Shown here: positions 33,240 through 43,208 of the stretch, piece by piece
How positions within the stretch are numbered: the stretch's first letter is position 1
How the letters are laid out: each line of letters opens with the position of its first letter
From: Candidatus Multivoradales bacterium
Lineage (GTDB): Bacteria; Acidobacteriota; Thermoanaerobaculia; Multivoradales; JAHEKO01
Length of the DNA: 64,000 bases
Direction of reading: 5' to 3'
Assembly (NCBI GenBank): GCA_965223155.1
Contig: CBDCVR010000014.1
Span: 288,001-352,000, forward strand
The notes under the pieces: model-generated
What the model saw: the letters and a program-made list of their open reading frames with translations, nothing else
What the model was told of the DNA's origin: nothing
The model's database searches: none
Translations under genes and position numbers: made by a program

Positions 33240-35173
33240 GTCCCTTCCGACACCGTCTCGTTGCCTGTCTCCTGGGGAAGAACGACGGCAAATGTGGACC
33301 CGGACCCCTCGGTGCTTTCGACCTCGATCCTGCCACCGTGAGCGTTGACGAGGCTATAGCAGATCGAAAGACCCAGTCCTGTGCCCTTCTGCTTGGTCGT
33401 GAAGAACGGCTCGAAAAGGCGTTCGCGAGCTTCGTCGGAAAGCCCCTCCCCGCGGTCGGTGATCGAAACCCTGACCTGTCCATCGGCGGCTTCAGTGCGC
33501 ACTCTCACATCGCTGCCGTCCGGGCTCGCCTCCGCGGCGTTCAGGAGTAGGTTCAGGAACACCTGGGTAATCTGATCGCGTACGCCTCGAACGCGCGGCG
33601 ACGGATCTGTGAGATCGGTTTGCAGCCGGACTTTCTTAGCGCGCCGATCCAACCGTATGACCTCAAGCACCTCCGTGACCACTCCGTTGACGTCCCAAAC
33701 GGACCAGTCCTGATCTTGAGGACGACTGAACAGCGAGATGCCGTGCACGATCCTGCGGATTCTCTCGATCTGGCCGCGCAGCACGCCGACGCTTTCCTCG
33801 AGGTACTCCGGCTCTGGACGCCGCTCGAGAAGCGCTAGCCGAGCCGCGAGCGACGACAGGGGGTTGCCGATCTCGTGAGCGACGCCTGCGGCCACCTGCC
33901 CGAGGCCGGTGAGCTTGCTGTGATGCATCGCCTCGGCCTCCAAGGCCTTCCGATCGGTGATGTCCTCAATCAACTCGACCACCTGTACGGTTCGGCCTTC
34001 CGCGTCCCGAACCGGGGAAGTCGTATGCCGAAAGTAGCGTAGCCCACCAACCGCCGAGCGTACAGATCTCTCGCTTTCTCCAGATGTGCCGTTCGCGAGC
34101 GTTTCTTCGGCAATGCACTTCCCGCAGCCACCCGGTACTCGATAGAGCGGGCAGTTGCCTTCGAAGTCTTTGCTCTCGACCCCCAACCAGCGCCTGGCTC
34201 GACCCGAGGCCCAGGGGACCGTGAGATCCGGCGCTACGAGCATCATGCCGACCCCGGTCGATTCGACTACCCTTTGTAGGCGTTGGTGCTCCAGCACCAG
34301 GGTCTTTCCCGCCTCTTCGAGCTGAGACTCCCTTCGCCTCAGCCTTTCGGCAATCAGGCTGGTCAGATAGACACTCATCACGAGAAGCGCCAGGAACGGA
34401 ACCACCCTTCCCAGAACGAATATCGCGCTGTGCGCCGCGTGCTCGACTTCGTCGTCCCCATGGGAATGACCGCCGGCAACTTCCTTCGCGTGTGGAAACA
34501 GCTCGTTGGTGAAGTGGGGAAGTACATGCGTGTACTCACCCATCGTCATGATCGAGAACAAACCAGCGGCGGCTAGAGTGAGCAAGAAGGCCTTACGCCG
34601 GGGCAGAAGAATTCCCGCGATGATCGCGTGGAAAATAAAAGCAAAGTAGACCGGATTCTCGATGCCTCCGGAGGCGTTGAGAAACCCCGTCAGGACAATG
34701 AGATCGACAGCTCCCTGGCCCAGAATCTGACGTTCGAAACCTGTTCCGAACTGTGCCCATCGAGAAAACACCACGTTGGCAACGGCGAGTACCGACCACC
34801 ATGCGATCAACATCGGCAAGACCGCGCTGGGCAAGAACCCGCTGATCGGCACTGACCACAGAATCAGTCCTAACGACACGACAACCGCGATCCAGCGCAT
34901 GTGCACGAACCAACGGGCGTGCTGGCGCTGTTCCTCCTCGCGATCGAGCAGTACGGCCAGAGCCGAAGGCGTGGCACCAGCCGGATAGACCCGCATGGAC
35001 TGGCGCATGAGAAGCCAGGCACCGAATCCGGTCGCCAAGAGAATGAGCCCACCTCCAGGAGCCTGCCAGACGGCCATCTCGATGCCGGCGGCAATCAGAA
35101 TCAAACCAACGGGCACTATGACCGTTAGCACGGGCACCCTCCACCGATCCGCAGACATCTGCTCTGTTTTCAC
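33236..35173 (-). CDS. Multi-TM PAS sensor histidine kinase
   Basis: AHEIGNPL, NLLLNA, FEPFFTTK.KGTGLGL; His-rich loop and CPLYRVPGGCGKC motif. Confidence 0.93.
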   Translation of the reverse strand: MKTEQMSADRWRVPVLTVIVPVGLILIAAGIEMAVWQAPGGGLILLATGFGAWLLMRQSMRVYPAGATPSALAVLLDREEEQRQHARWFVHMRWIAVVVSLGLILWSVPISGFLPSAVLPMLIAWWSVLAVANVVFSRWAQFGTGFERQILGQGAVDLIVLTGFLNASGGIENPVYFAFIFHAIIAGILLPRRKAFLLTLAAAGLFSIMTMGEYTHVLPHFTNELFPHAKEVAGGHSHGDDEVEHAAHSAIFVLGRVVPFLALLVMSVYLTSLIAERLRRRESQLEEAGKTLVLEHQRLQRVVESTGVGMMLVAPDLTVPWASGRARRWLGVESKDFEGNCPLYRVPGGCGKCIAEETLANGTSGESERSVRSAVGGLRYFRHTTSPVRDAEGRTVQVVELIEDITDRKALEAEAMHHSKLTGLGQVAAGVAHEIGNPLSSLAARLALLERRPEPEYLEESVGVLRGQIERIRRIVHGISLFSRPQDQDWSVWDVNGVVTEVLEVIRLDRRAKKVRLQTDLTDPSPRVRGVRDQITQVFLNLLLNAAEASPDGSDVRVRTEAADGQVRVSITDRGEGLSDEARERLFEPFFTTKQKGTGLGLSICYSLVNAHGGRIEVESTEGSGSTFAVVLPQETGNETVSEGT

Positions 35174-35198
35174 CTGCGGTGAAGTCTACCTCTGACGC

Positions 35199-35660
35199 TC
35201 AAACTCCCGAGTCTTCACCGATGACAATCGAGGAACCGACGACGACGCACGACTCGCCGATACTTGTCCTGCCGCCGCACTCCCCTGCGGCTCTTGGAGC
35301 CGTGGCGTCTATCGCTCGGCCATCCCCACTGGCCAAGAAGTCCTCGAGGAAAAAGGCCGACAGCTCGGCTCGCCCGGAGAGCCCTGACTTGCGGTAGACC
35401 GCCACGGCGTTCTGGCGCACGGTCCTCTCACTCCGTTCGGTCAAAGCGGCGATCTCTTTGTGGCTCAACCCCTTGAGGAGAAAGAGCGCCGTCTGCCTCT
35501 CGGTCCGCGTCAGACTCCAGTCTGCCAACTGAGCGTCGATCTGCTCCCCGAGGCCAGCCAGGAGCTTCTGTGCCCGGTTTCGCCAGGCGTCTCACTCGCT
35601 CTGCCGGTTCTCGAGGCCAGCGAAGGTCCTTGCTGTTGCAGCCATCTCGCACTCACCTCT
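35199..35660 (-). pseudogene. C-terminal fragment of a LuxR-type HTH regulator
   Basis: WSLTRTERQTALFLLKGLSHKEIAALTERSERTVRQNAVAVYRKSGLSGRAELSAFFLEDFL; 5' part broken. Confidence 0.75.
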
Positions 35661-35712
35661 CTAAGCCGAAGCACCAAACCAGGCTGGCAGTCCCCTAGGG
35701 AGTTTCCCGCGT

Positions 35713-37611
35713 CTAGCCAGTGGTGAGAACTGGAAGAACGAGCCGCGATCCGTCTTCACCCCCGAGCCCGATTCCAAGCACGGCCTCCGGAAATTCGGGA
35801 AGAACCGTGTTATCCCTATCCGCTCCCATTATTGTGACGCGGATGCGGTGGCCGCGGTTGAAGAGGTACGCCGTGGGTAGAAGACCGATTTCAACCTCGT
35901 ACTCCTCACCCGGCACCACCGGCAGGACATCCTCCGCGAACTGCCGGCGCCACAACCGATTGTGCCAGGCCGCTCTAGCCGTCTTCCTCATGGACAGGCG
36001 CAGCTGCCCTTCCGTGACCAAATGCGACCACCCGTGCGGTTCGACCTCCTCCAGCAGCACATAAAAATCACCGTCGCGCGCCGAACTGCTGGTACGAAAC
36101 TCGACGGAGGGATAGCCCACTACGGTTACATCGTCTTCGAGGGGCGGGGTGGTGAAGGTCAACGATTTCATGTCGTTGGGCGTCATGTCTGGGTAGGACA
36201 GGATCCCATCGATGCAGTTGATCCAGCGCGAACCGGTCCCGGTCGTCGTCGTTACGTCGACTGCGAGCGTCTGAACGATCTTCGAGCCAACGGGCTCCCG
36301 GCTCAGAGAGCCGTCGTTGATCGATGCCACGGAGCCGGCTCTTTCGGCGGTCAAGTACCACTCTTGCGGCTCGACGCCAGGCACCGGCCACCGAGGGCTG
36401 CTCTGCCAGGTCCATCGCTCGCCGGGCACGTCGTTGACGGCGTAGTTGATCATCGCGTCGTCGGCAACTCCGTTCTCGATGCCCTTCAGCCAGTAGTCGA
36501 ACCACCGGTGGTGCTCGGCTTCGTTGATGCGCCTCCTCTCGGCGTTGACGGCCGCGGTGTATGGGCCGTGCCCCCACGGCCCGATGGTCAACCGATCGGG
36601 TCCGGGATAGTCCAGCAGCTGCTGGGGAGCCTGGTAGATGAAGGCGTCGTACCAGCCGGTGTAGTGGTAGATCGCCACGCCCGATTCGTTCAACCGGTCG
36701 AGCACGGCTATCGGGCCGTAGTCCGTCCAGTTCCAATCCGCTTGTACCGTGTCCCGGAAGGTTCCCTGGGCGAACGGCCTTTCCGGTTGCCAATTCTCCG
36801 CGCGCTCGGACAGGGCCCTGGCCAGCAACTTGCCGTCTACGTCCTCGTCCACCGGAACCGGGGGGATCTCGAAGTCCAGGGCCCTGACCGCGGCACCCCA
36901 GCGCCGCACGTAGTCGTCTTTGTAGATCCCTCCGTCGTGAAAGATGTCGTAGAGGTCATAGAGGGTGACGTCCGGCACGATGGCGCGGAGGGCCGGATGG
37001 TGCCGGCTGGCCGCCATGTACTGCGTGATGCCGAGATAGGAGCCTCCGAACATCCCGACCTCGTCGGTGCTCCACGGCTGGCCAACGATCCAATCGATCA
37101 CCTCGAAGCAGTCATCGCTTTCTCGGGCCGAAAAGATGCCGTTCTGGCGCCCGAACGAGGCACCGCTGCCTCGGACAGCAACCGACACCACGACGTACCC
37201 ATGAGTTACGAGACGCTGGAGCATCGGGCTCGTGTCCACGGAAGAGAAGACGATGTCTGGCTCAGCCCGACCCTCTCGCTCGGCTCGCATTGGCCCGGTC
37301 GGGTTACGGTGATAGCGAGAGAAGGTGACGATTGCAGGGAAGGCTTCGTCGACTGGTTTGCCGTCGACCGCGGGGCGAACGATGTCCGCCGCCAACCGGA
37401 CGCCGTCGCTCATGGAAACGTACTGGGATTGACGCACCCACTGGTCGAACCGCTTCGGGGAATGACCCGTGTACTCGCCGAAGCGCGAGATCTTCGCGGC
37501 CACCACCGACTGTTGACCAAATCGGGCCGCACTCTCGGGGGGGGCGCTCGGCGCACAGGCTGCGGCGAGCAGCAGAATCCCAAGCAGGCTCACCTTCGGT
37601 ACTTCGCGCAT
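35713..37611 (-). CDS. CocE/NonD-family serine hydrolase, lipoprotein
   Basis: LAAAC lipobox, MSDGVRLAADI, GGSYLG, GWYD, GPWGH, PepX_C-like tail. Confidence 0.9.
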   Translation of the reverse strand: MREVPKVSLLGILLLAAACAPSAPPESAARFGQQSVVAAKISRFGEYTGHSPKRFDQWVRQSQYVSMSDGVRLAADIVRPAVDGKPVDEAFPAIVTFSRYHRNPTGPMRAEREGRAEPDIVFSSVDTSPMLQRLVTHGYVVVSVAVRGSGASFGRQNGIFSARESDDCFEVIDWIVGQPWSTDEVGMFGGSYLGITQYMAASRHHPALRAIVPDVTLYDLYDIFHDGGIYKDDYVRRWGAAVRALDFEIPPVPVDEDVDGKLLARALSERAENWQPERPFAQGTFRDTVQADWNWTDYGPIAVLDRLNESGVAIYHYTGWYDAFIYQAPQQLLDYPGPDRLTIGPWGHGPYTAAVNAERRRINEAEHHRWFDYWLKGIENGVADDAMINYAVNDVPGERWTWQSSPRWPVPGVEPQEWYLTAERAGSVASINDGSLSREPVGSKIVQTLAVDVTTTTGTGSRWINCIDGILSYPDMTPNDMKSLTFTTPPLEDDVTVVGYPSVEFRTSSSARDGDFYVLLEEVEPHGWSHLVTEGQLRLSMRKTARAAWHNRLWRRQFAEDVLPVVPGEEYEVEIGLLPTAYLFNRGHRIRVTIMGADRDNTVLPEFPEAVLGIGLGGEDGSRLVLPVLTTG

Positions 37612-37637
37612 TGGATCTGGTTCCCTTCCTCGATGAT

Positions 37638-38669
37638 CTAGGAGCAACCGAGTGCTTCGAGGCCAAGCTCGGCGAAAGGCTCGACGTACTTGCCAACCTC
37701 GGCAGCCCTCCGACTGGAGGCGTTGCCGTCCACGGCGCGCTTGGCCACTCCCTGAGCGATCGCCGCCAGCCGAAAGAAACTAAAGGCCACGTAGAACTCG
37801 AGGTCTCCGATGTCACCAACACCGGCCAGACGAGCGTAGGCGGCTACGAGCTCTCTTTCCGACGGGATTCCCAGGGCCGCAACGTCCTTCCCCCGCAAGC
37901 CCGACATCTTGCCGACGCCGGCGGGCATGCGTAGCAGCATGCACAGGTACCCGACATCGGCGAACGGGTGCCCGAGGGTCGAGAGCTCCCAATCGAGGAT
38001 CGCGCGGACCTTCGGCGATCGAGCGTCAAAGACCAGGTTGTCGAGACGGAAGTCACCATGGACGAGGGCGAACCGACCGTCGTCGGCCGGCAAGCGCCTT
38101 CCCAGCCGCTCGGTCAGTTCTTCCATGGCACGAAGGCTCTCGATCTCGGAGGCACGGTACTGCCGGCTCCACCGACTGTACTGGCGTTGAAAGTAGTCCC
38201 CGGGCTTACCGAAATCGCCCAAGCCGGCTGCCTCGATGTCGACCTTGTGGAGCTCCGCGAGAACCCGAACCGCCTCTTCGTAGATCGCGCGGCGCCCGCC
38301 GTGACCGACTCCGGGCAAAGCCGCGTCCCAGAAGATCCTGCCGTCGCAGAACTCCATGACGTAGAACATGGAGCCGATGACGCCTCGATCTTCACAAAGG
38401 TAGTGGACGCGCGGCACCGGCACCGCAGTGGCGCCCAGAGCGTCGATCACGCGATACTCGCGATCCACCGCGTGAGCCGAGCGGAGGAGCTCACCCGGCG
38501 GCTGTCGCCGCAGCACATAGGTGCCGGAGCGGGCGTCCAACCTGTAGGTCGGATTGGACTGGCCGTCCGCGAACTTCTCGACCGTCATCGGGCCAAGAAA
38601 GCCGGGCATCCGCGCCTCCAAGTGCCCGCTCAAGGCCTCGAGGTCGAAGGCGAGTTCGCTCTTGGACAA
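37638..38669 (-). CDS. APH-family phosphotransferase (ACAD10/11-associated type)
   Basis: [32 protein letters not shown]. Confidence 0.92.
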   Translation of the reverse strand: MSKSELAFDLEALSGHLEARMPGFLGPMTVEKFADGQSNPTYRLDARSGTYVLRRQPPGELLRSAHAVDREYRVIDALGATAVPVPRVHYLCEDRGVIGSMFYVMEFCDGRIFWDAALPGVGHGGRRAIYEEAVRVLAELHKVDIEAAGLGDFGKPGDYFQRQYSRWSRQYRASEIESLRAMEELTERLGRRLPADDGRFALVHGDFRLDNLVFDARSPKVRAILDWELSTLGHPFADVGYLCMLLRMPAGVGKMSGLRGKDVAALGIPSERELVAAYARLAGVGDIGDLEFYVAFSFFRLAAIAQGVAKRAVDGNASSRRAAEVGKYVEPFAELGLEALGCS

Positions 38670-38678
38670 CCGAATCTC

Positions 38679-39902
38679 CTAAGAGCCGCAGTCCGCAAGC
38701 CTCGCGGCCAGGTTGCGTCCCAACTGCATCATGTGAACCTGATCCGGCCCGTCCGCTAGTCGGATCGACCGGGCAACCGTGTACGCGCGCGCCAGGAAGG
38801 TGTCTTGGCTGACGCCGGCGGCGCCGTGAATCTGAATCGCTCGATCGATCACGTTGCATGCCATCGTCGGCGTGGCGATCTTGCTCATGGCGATCAGATC
38901 CTTGGCGGCCTTGGGGCCGGCCTCGTCGATGCGAGCCGCTGCCTTGAGCGTCAGGAGTCTCGCCTGCTCCACCTCGCAGGCCGACCGAGCGATGTCCTCG
39001 CGCACCGATTGCTGCTTGCTCAGCGGACGCCCGAAGACGACGCGCGAATCGGCCCGCCGGCACATGGCTTCGAGAGCCCGCTGCGCGAGACCGATCGAGC
39101 GCATGCAGTGGTGAATCCGCCCCGGGCCGAGGCGTCCTTGCGCGATCTCGAAGCCGCGGCCTTCACCCAGGAGCATGTTCTCCGCCGGAACCCAAACGTC
39201 GTCGAAGCGTACTTCGCCGTGCCCTTCGGGTGCGCTGTCGAATCCGTAGACTTGCATCGGCCGGACGACGACAACGCCCTCTGTGTCGATCGGCACCAGA
39301 ACCATGGACTGTTGCCGGTAACGGTCTTCGTGCTCCGGATCGGTCTTGCCCATGACGATCAGGATCCTGGTGTGCCGGTTGCACGCGCCGCTGACGTACC
39401 ACTTGCGGCCGTTGATCCGGTAACCGTCGCCATCGCGGACGATCGAGGTCTCGACGTTGGTGGCATCGGAGGAGCCGACCTCCGGTTCGGTCATGGCGAA
39501 ACCCGAGCGAATCTCCCCCTCGAGAAGCGGGATCAACCACTCCCGCTGCTGGTCCTCGTTGCCGTAGCGCGCCAGCACTTCCATGTTTCCGGTGTCCGGC
39601 GCACTGCAATTGAACGCTTCAGAGGCCCAGATCACCCGGCCCATGATCTCGGCCAGGGGTGCGTACTCGAGGGTGGTGAGCCCCGGGCTGAACCTGCCGT
39701 AGGATCTTGGTAGAAACAGGTTCCACAAGCCGGCGGTCTTCGCCTTTGCCTTGATCTCCTGGAGGAGAGCCGGGGGCTCCCAACGATCTCCTTCATCGAG
39801 CTGCTGCCAGAAGACCTCCTCGTTGGGATAGACGAACTCGTCCATGAACGCCTGCAACTCCCGGCGTAGTTCCTGGACTTTAGGACTGTGCTCGAAGTTC
39901 AT
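38679..39902 (-). CDS. Acyl-CoA dehydrogenase (ACAD11/FadE2-like)
   Basis: [47 protein letters not shown]. Confidence 0.95.
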   Translation of the reverse strand: MNFEHSPKVQELRRELQAFMDEFVYPNEEVFWQQLDEGDRWEPPALLQEIKAKAKTAGLWNLFLPRSYGRFSPGLTTLEYAPLAEIMGRVIWASEAFNCSAPDTGNMEVLARYGNEDQQREWLIPLLEGEIRSGFAMTEPEVGSSDATNVETSIVRDGDGYRINGRKWYVSGACNRHTRILIVMGKTDPEHEDRYRQQSMVLVPIDTEGVVVVRPMQVYGFDSAPEGHGEVRFDDVWVPAENMLLGEGRGFEIAQGRLGPGRIHHCMRSIGLAQRALEAMCRRADSRVVFGRPLSKQQSVREDIARSACEVEQARLLTLKAAARIDEAGPKAAKDLIAMSKIATPTMACNVIDRAIQIHGAAGVSQDTFLARAYTVARSIRLADGPDQVHMMQLGRNLAARLADCGS

Positions 39903-39929
39903 CAGCTCTCCTATTCCAGCCTCGCCGCG

Positions 39930-42900
39930 CTACCAGGCATCCACGTAGGGGCGCTTCTTGCCTTCGCGCGCCGAAGGGCCTGGAGTGGCGGCCCAGCCCC
40001 GCATCACCCAATCTCGAGTCTCTGCCGGGTCGATCACGGCGTCGATCTCGAGGTAGCTCGCGGCGTTGATGGCCTCGCCCTGCTCATACATCTCCTCGAC
40101 CAACTCGTCGAAACGCCGCCGCCGCTCTTCCTCATCCGGAATCGCCTCGAGCTCGCGTCGCGCTGCTAGGCGAACCGCCCCTTCGAGACCCATGGAGCCG
40201 AACTCACCGCTAGGCCAGGCGGCCGTTAGCACGGGACGGTGAAAACCACCGGCCGCCATGGCCATCGCGCCAAGACCGTAGCTCTTGCGAAGGACGATCG
40301 TGAAGACCGGCACCGTCAGGCTTGCCGCCGTGAGGAAGATCCTCGACACGTGCCGGACCGCGGCGGCCTTCTCCGACTCCGGTCCGACCATGAATCCAGG
40401 CGTATCGCACAGGGCGACCATCGGCAGGTCGAAGGCGTCACACAGCTGCATGAAGCGAGCGATCTTGTCGCCGGCGTCGGCGTCGATGGCGCCACCCAGG
40501 TGCTGGGGATCGTTCGCGTACAGCCCGAAGGGCTGGCCCTCGATCCGAACCAAGGCGGTCACCGCGTTGGGAGCGAACCGGCGTCGCAGCTCGAGTACCG
40601 AGCCCTCGTCGGCCAGGGCCTCGATCGGCCGCCGGACGTCGTAGGCTTGGAGGCGCCGCTCCGGAATGGCGTGTCGGAGTCGGCGGGGGTCTGGAGCCTG
40701 CCACTCGACCACGTTTCCCTGAAAGTAGGACAGATAGCGCTTTGCCACCGCGACTCCCTCGGCTTCGTCTTCGACCAGGACGTCGATCACTCCGTTCGGC
40801 GCCTGGACGCTCGGCGGTCCGATCTCCCCGGCGTCGAACCTCCCGAGTCCGCCGGCTTCGATCATCGACGGGCCTGCCATGCCCAGGCTCGACGATCTAG
40901 TGGCGATGATGGCGTCGCACACGCCGGCGAGGGCCGCGTTACCTGCGAAGCAATAGCCTCCAACGACCGCGACCGTCGGCACCAGGCCGGACAGCTCGCC
41001 CATCGCTGCGAAGGTGTTGAGATCGAGGCCCGCGACCGCCGGGTAGTCAGTGTCTGACGGACGACCGCCGCCACCTTCCGCCAGGAGCACTAGCGGCAGC
41101 CTCCACTGTTTGGCGAGGCCCAAGAGGCGGTCGGTCTTCTTGTGGCTCATAAAGCCCTGCGTGCCCGCCATGACCGTGAAGTCGTAGGCCAAGACGGCGC
41201 AACGGGAGCGCTCCGCGCCGAAGAGCCGGCCGTTGACGCTCCCCGTCCCGGCAATCAGTCCGTCGGCCGGACTGACCTCGATCAACTTCTCGACCGAGTG
41301 CTTCTGCCGCTGAGCTGCCAGGGCCAGCGCACCGTATTCATTGAAGCTACCCTCGTCCAAAAGATCGGCGAGATTCTCGCGAGCCGTACGCTTGCCCTTC
41401 GCGTGACGCCGCTCCACGGCCTCGGGCCGGTGGGCATCGAGTACTCTCTCGTGGCGCTGCCTCCACTTTGCCAGGTCCGGCCGCACGCGGTCGAGGTCCA
41501 CCTCCCCGCTCGTCGGACTCTGTCCGTCCGCGAAGGCACCGGGCTCGACGATGGCAAGGAGCTGCCCCTCGTCGACGAAACCGCCCGGCTCCTCGGTCAG
41601 AATCTCGACCACGACGCCATCCTGGTCGGCCTCGATCGAATGCTCCATCTTCATCGCCTCGATCCGGGCGATTGTCTGCCCGGCTCGCACCTCGTCGCCG
41701 CGGTGCGCCAACACGACCAACGACCCGCCCACGGGCGCGAAGACGCCGTAGCACCCCGGCGGAACGGGAGCCTCCGTGCGGCGACTCTCCCTTTCCACTC
41801 CGCCTCCAAAGAACAGATCTCCATGGACCCTCTCCGCGACGAGCTCCTCGAGCACGGACTCGACGAAGGACGTCGTCACCTCGTTTCGCCGGACCTCTGA
41901 CCGGTCGAGCAGGTTGAGGAGAACGTTTCGATTGCTCAACACCCCTTCGAGGCGGAGCTCGCGGAGGGCCCGACGGCCCTTGTCGACCGCCGCTAGATAG
42001 TCGCCAGCCGCGACGATCACTTTGCTCGCCAGGCTGTCGTAGTTGGGGTTGACCCGGTAGCCGGCGTAGAGACAGTCGTCGACCCTCACTCCGGGACCGC
42101 TCGGGATCTCGTAAACGGAAACGACTCCGGACGCCGGCCGCGCCGCGCCGCCGGCCCGCAGGTCCTCGAGGTACACGCGAAGCTGCAGGCCGTATCCGCT
42201 TTTCTTCGGAGGCTCCGCCAGTCCCAGCTCGTCAAGCGTCTTGCCGGCCGCCAGCTCGAGCTGTATCTCGACCAGATCGATCCCGGTGATCTGTTCCGTG
42301 ACCGTGTGCTCCACCTGGATCCTGGGGTTGACCTCGAGAAAGTAGTACCGCTCCGGATCGTCTGCGTCGAGTAGAAACTCAAAGGTCCCGAGGCCCGCAT
42401 AGCCGATGTCCGACGCCAGCCGCACGGCGGCGTCGAGAATCGCTTGCCGGGTGGCGGCGTCGATCGTCGGGCTGGGCGCGATCTCGACCAGCTTCTGGTT
42501 GCGCCGCTGAAGCGTGCATTCGCGCTCCCACGCGTGGCAGACGTTGCCGGCAGAGTCCGCCAGGACTTGGACCTCGATATGCCGCGCCCGCGGCACGAAC
42601 TGCTCGACGTAGAGATCCCCGCGTCCGAAAGCGATCTCGGCCTCTCGGCGGCAATCGCGATACGCGGCCTCGATCTCCGAGCGCTCTCTGACGACTCGCA
42701 TGCCGCGGCCGCCGCCGCCGGCGAGCGCCTTGATCATGATCGGCGCTCCGTTTCCATGCCGGTCGAAGAAGTCCTGAACCTCCGACCGCGAACAACTTCG
42801 GTTCAAGCCGTCGACCACAGGCACGCCGCTTTGGGCCGCCAGCCGCCTGGCTTCGGCCTTGTCCCCCAACTTCGCGAGCAGATCCGCGGACGGGCCCGTG

Positions 42901-43208
42901 AACGTGAGTCCGGCCTCGGCGCAGCTGCGGGCAAAGTCGGCGTTCTCGGAAAGCAGACCGTAACCGGGGTGGATCGCATCACATTCCTCGGCCCGAGCAA
43001 CCCCGATCAGGCGGCGAGCGTCGAGGTAGGCGGCAACTCCCCGACCGGACAGGGGAACGGCGTTGCCGCACCGCTTCACATGCAACGACGCCTCGTCGTC
43101 TTCGGCAAAGACCGCCACACTCTCGATGCCCATCGCGGCCGCGGTCCGGGCGATCCGCACCGCGATCTCGCCTCGGTTGGCGATGAGGAGACGCCGAATC
43201 GCGGTCAC
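39930..43208 (-). CDS. Single-chain acyl-CoA carboxylase (BC-BCCP-CT fusion)
   Basis: LIANRGEIA, GGGGRGM, EVNPRIQVEH, EAMKME biotin site, carboxyltransferase DTPGFMVG. Confidence 0.93.
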   Translation of the reverse strand: MTAIRRLLIANRGEIAVRIARTAAAMGIESVAVFAEDDEASLHVKRCGNAVPLSGRGVAAYLDARRLIGVARAEECDAIHPGYGLLSENADFARSCAEAGLTFTGPSADLLAKLGDKAEARRLAAQSGVPVVDGLNRSCSRSEVQDFFDRHGNGAPIMIKALAGGGGRGMRVVRERSEIEAAYRDCRREAEIAFGRGDLYVEQFVPRARHIEVQVLADSAGNVCHAWERECTLQRRNQKLVEIAPSPTIDAATRQAILDAAVRLASDIGYAGLGTFEFLLDADDPERYYFLEVNPRIQVEHTVTEQITGIDLVEIQLELAAGKTLDELGLAEPPKKSGYGLQLRVYLEDLRAGGAARPASGVVSVYEIPSGPGVRVDDCLYAGYRVNPNYDSLASKVIVAAGDYLAAVDKGRRALRELRLEGVLSNRNVLLNLLDRSEVRRNEVTTSFVESVLEELVAERVHGDLFFGGGVERESRRTEAPVPPGCYGVFAPVGGSLVVLAHRGDEVRAGQTIARIEAMKMEHSIEADQDGVVVEILTEEPGGFVDEGQLLAIVEPGAFADGQSPTSGEVDLDRVRPDLAKWRQRHERVLDAHRPEAVERRHAKGKRTARENLADLLDEGSFNEYGALALAAQRQKHSVEKLIEVSPADGLIAGTGSVNGRLFGAERSRCAVLAYDFTVMAGTQGFMSHKKTDRLLGLAKQWRLPLVLLAEGGGGRPSDTDYPAVAGLDLNTFAAMGELSGLVPTVAVVGGYCFAGNAALAGVCDAIIATRSSSLGMAGPSMIEAGGLGRFDAGEIGPPSVQAPNGVIDVLVEDEAEGVAVAKRYLSYFQGNVVEWQAPDPRRLRHAIPERRLQAYDVRRPIEALADEGSVLELRRRFAPNAVTALVRIEGQPFGLYANDPQHLGGAIDADAGDKIARFMQLCDAFDLPMVALCDTPGFMVGPESEKAAAVRHVSRIFLTAASLTVPVFTIVLRKSYGLGAMAMAAGGFHRPVLTAAWPSGEFGSMGLEGAVRLAARRELEAIPDEEERRRRFDELVEEMYEQGEAINAASYLEIDAVIDPAETRDWVMRGWAATPGPSAREGKKRPYVDAW

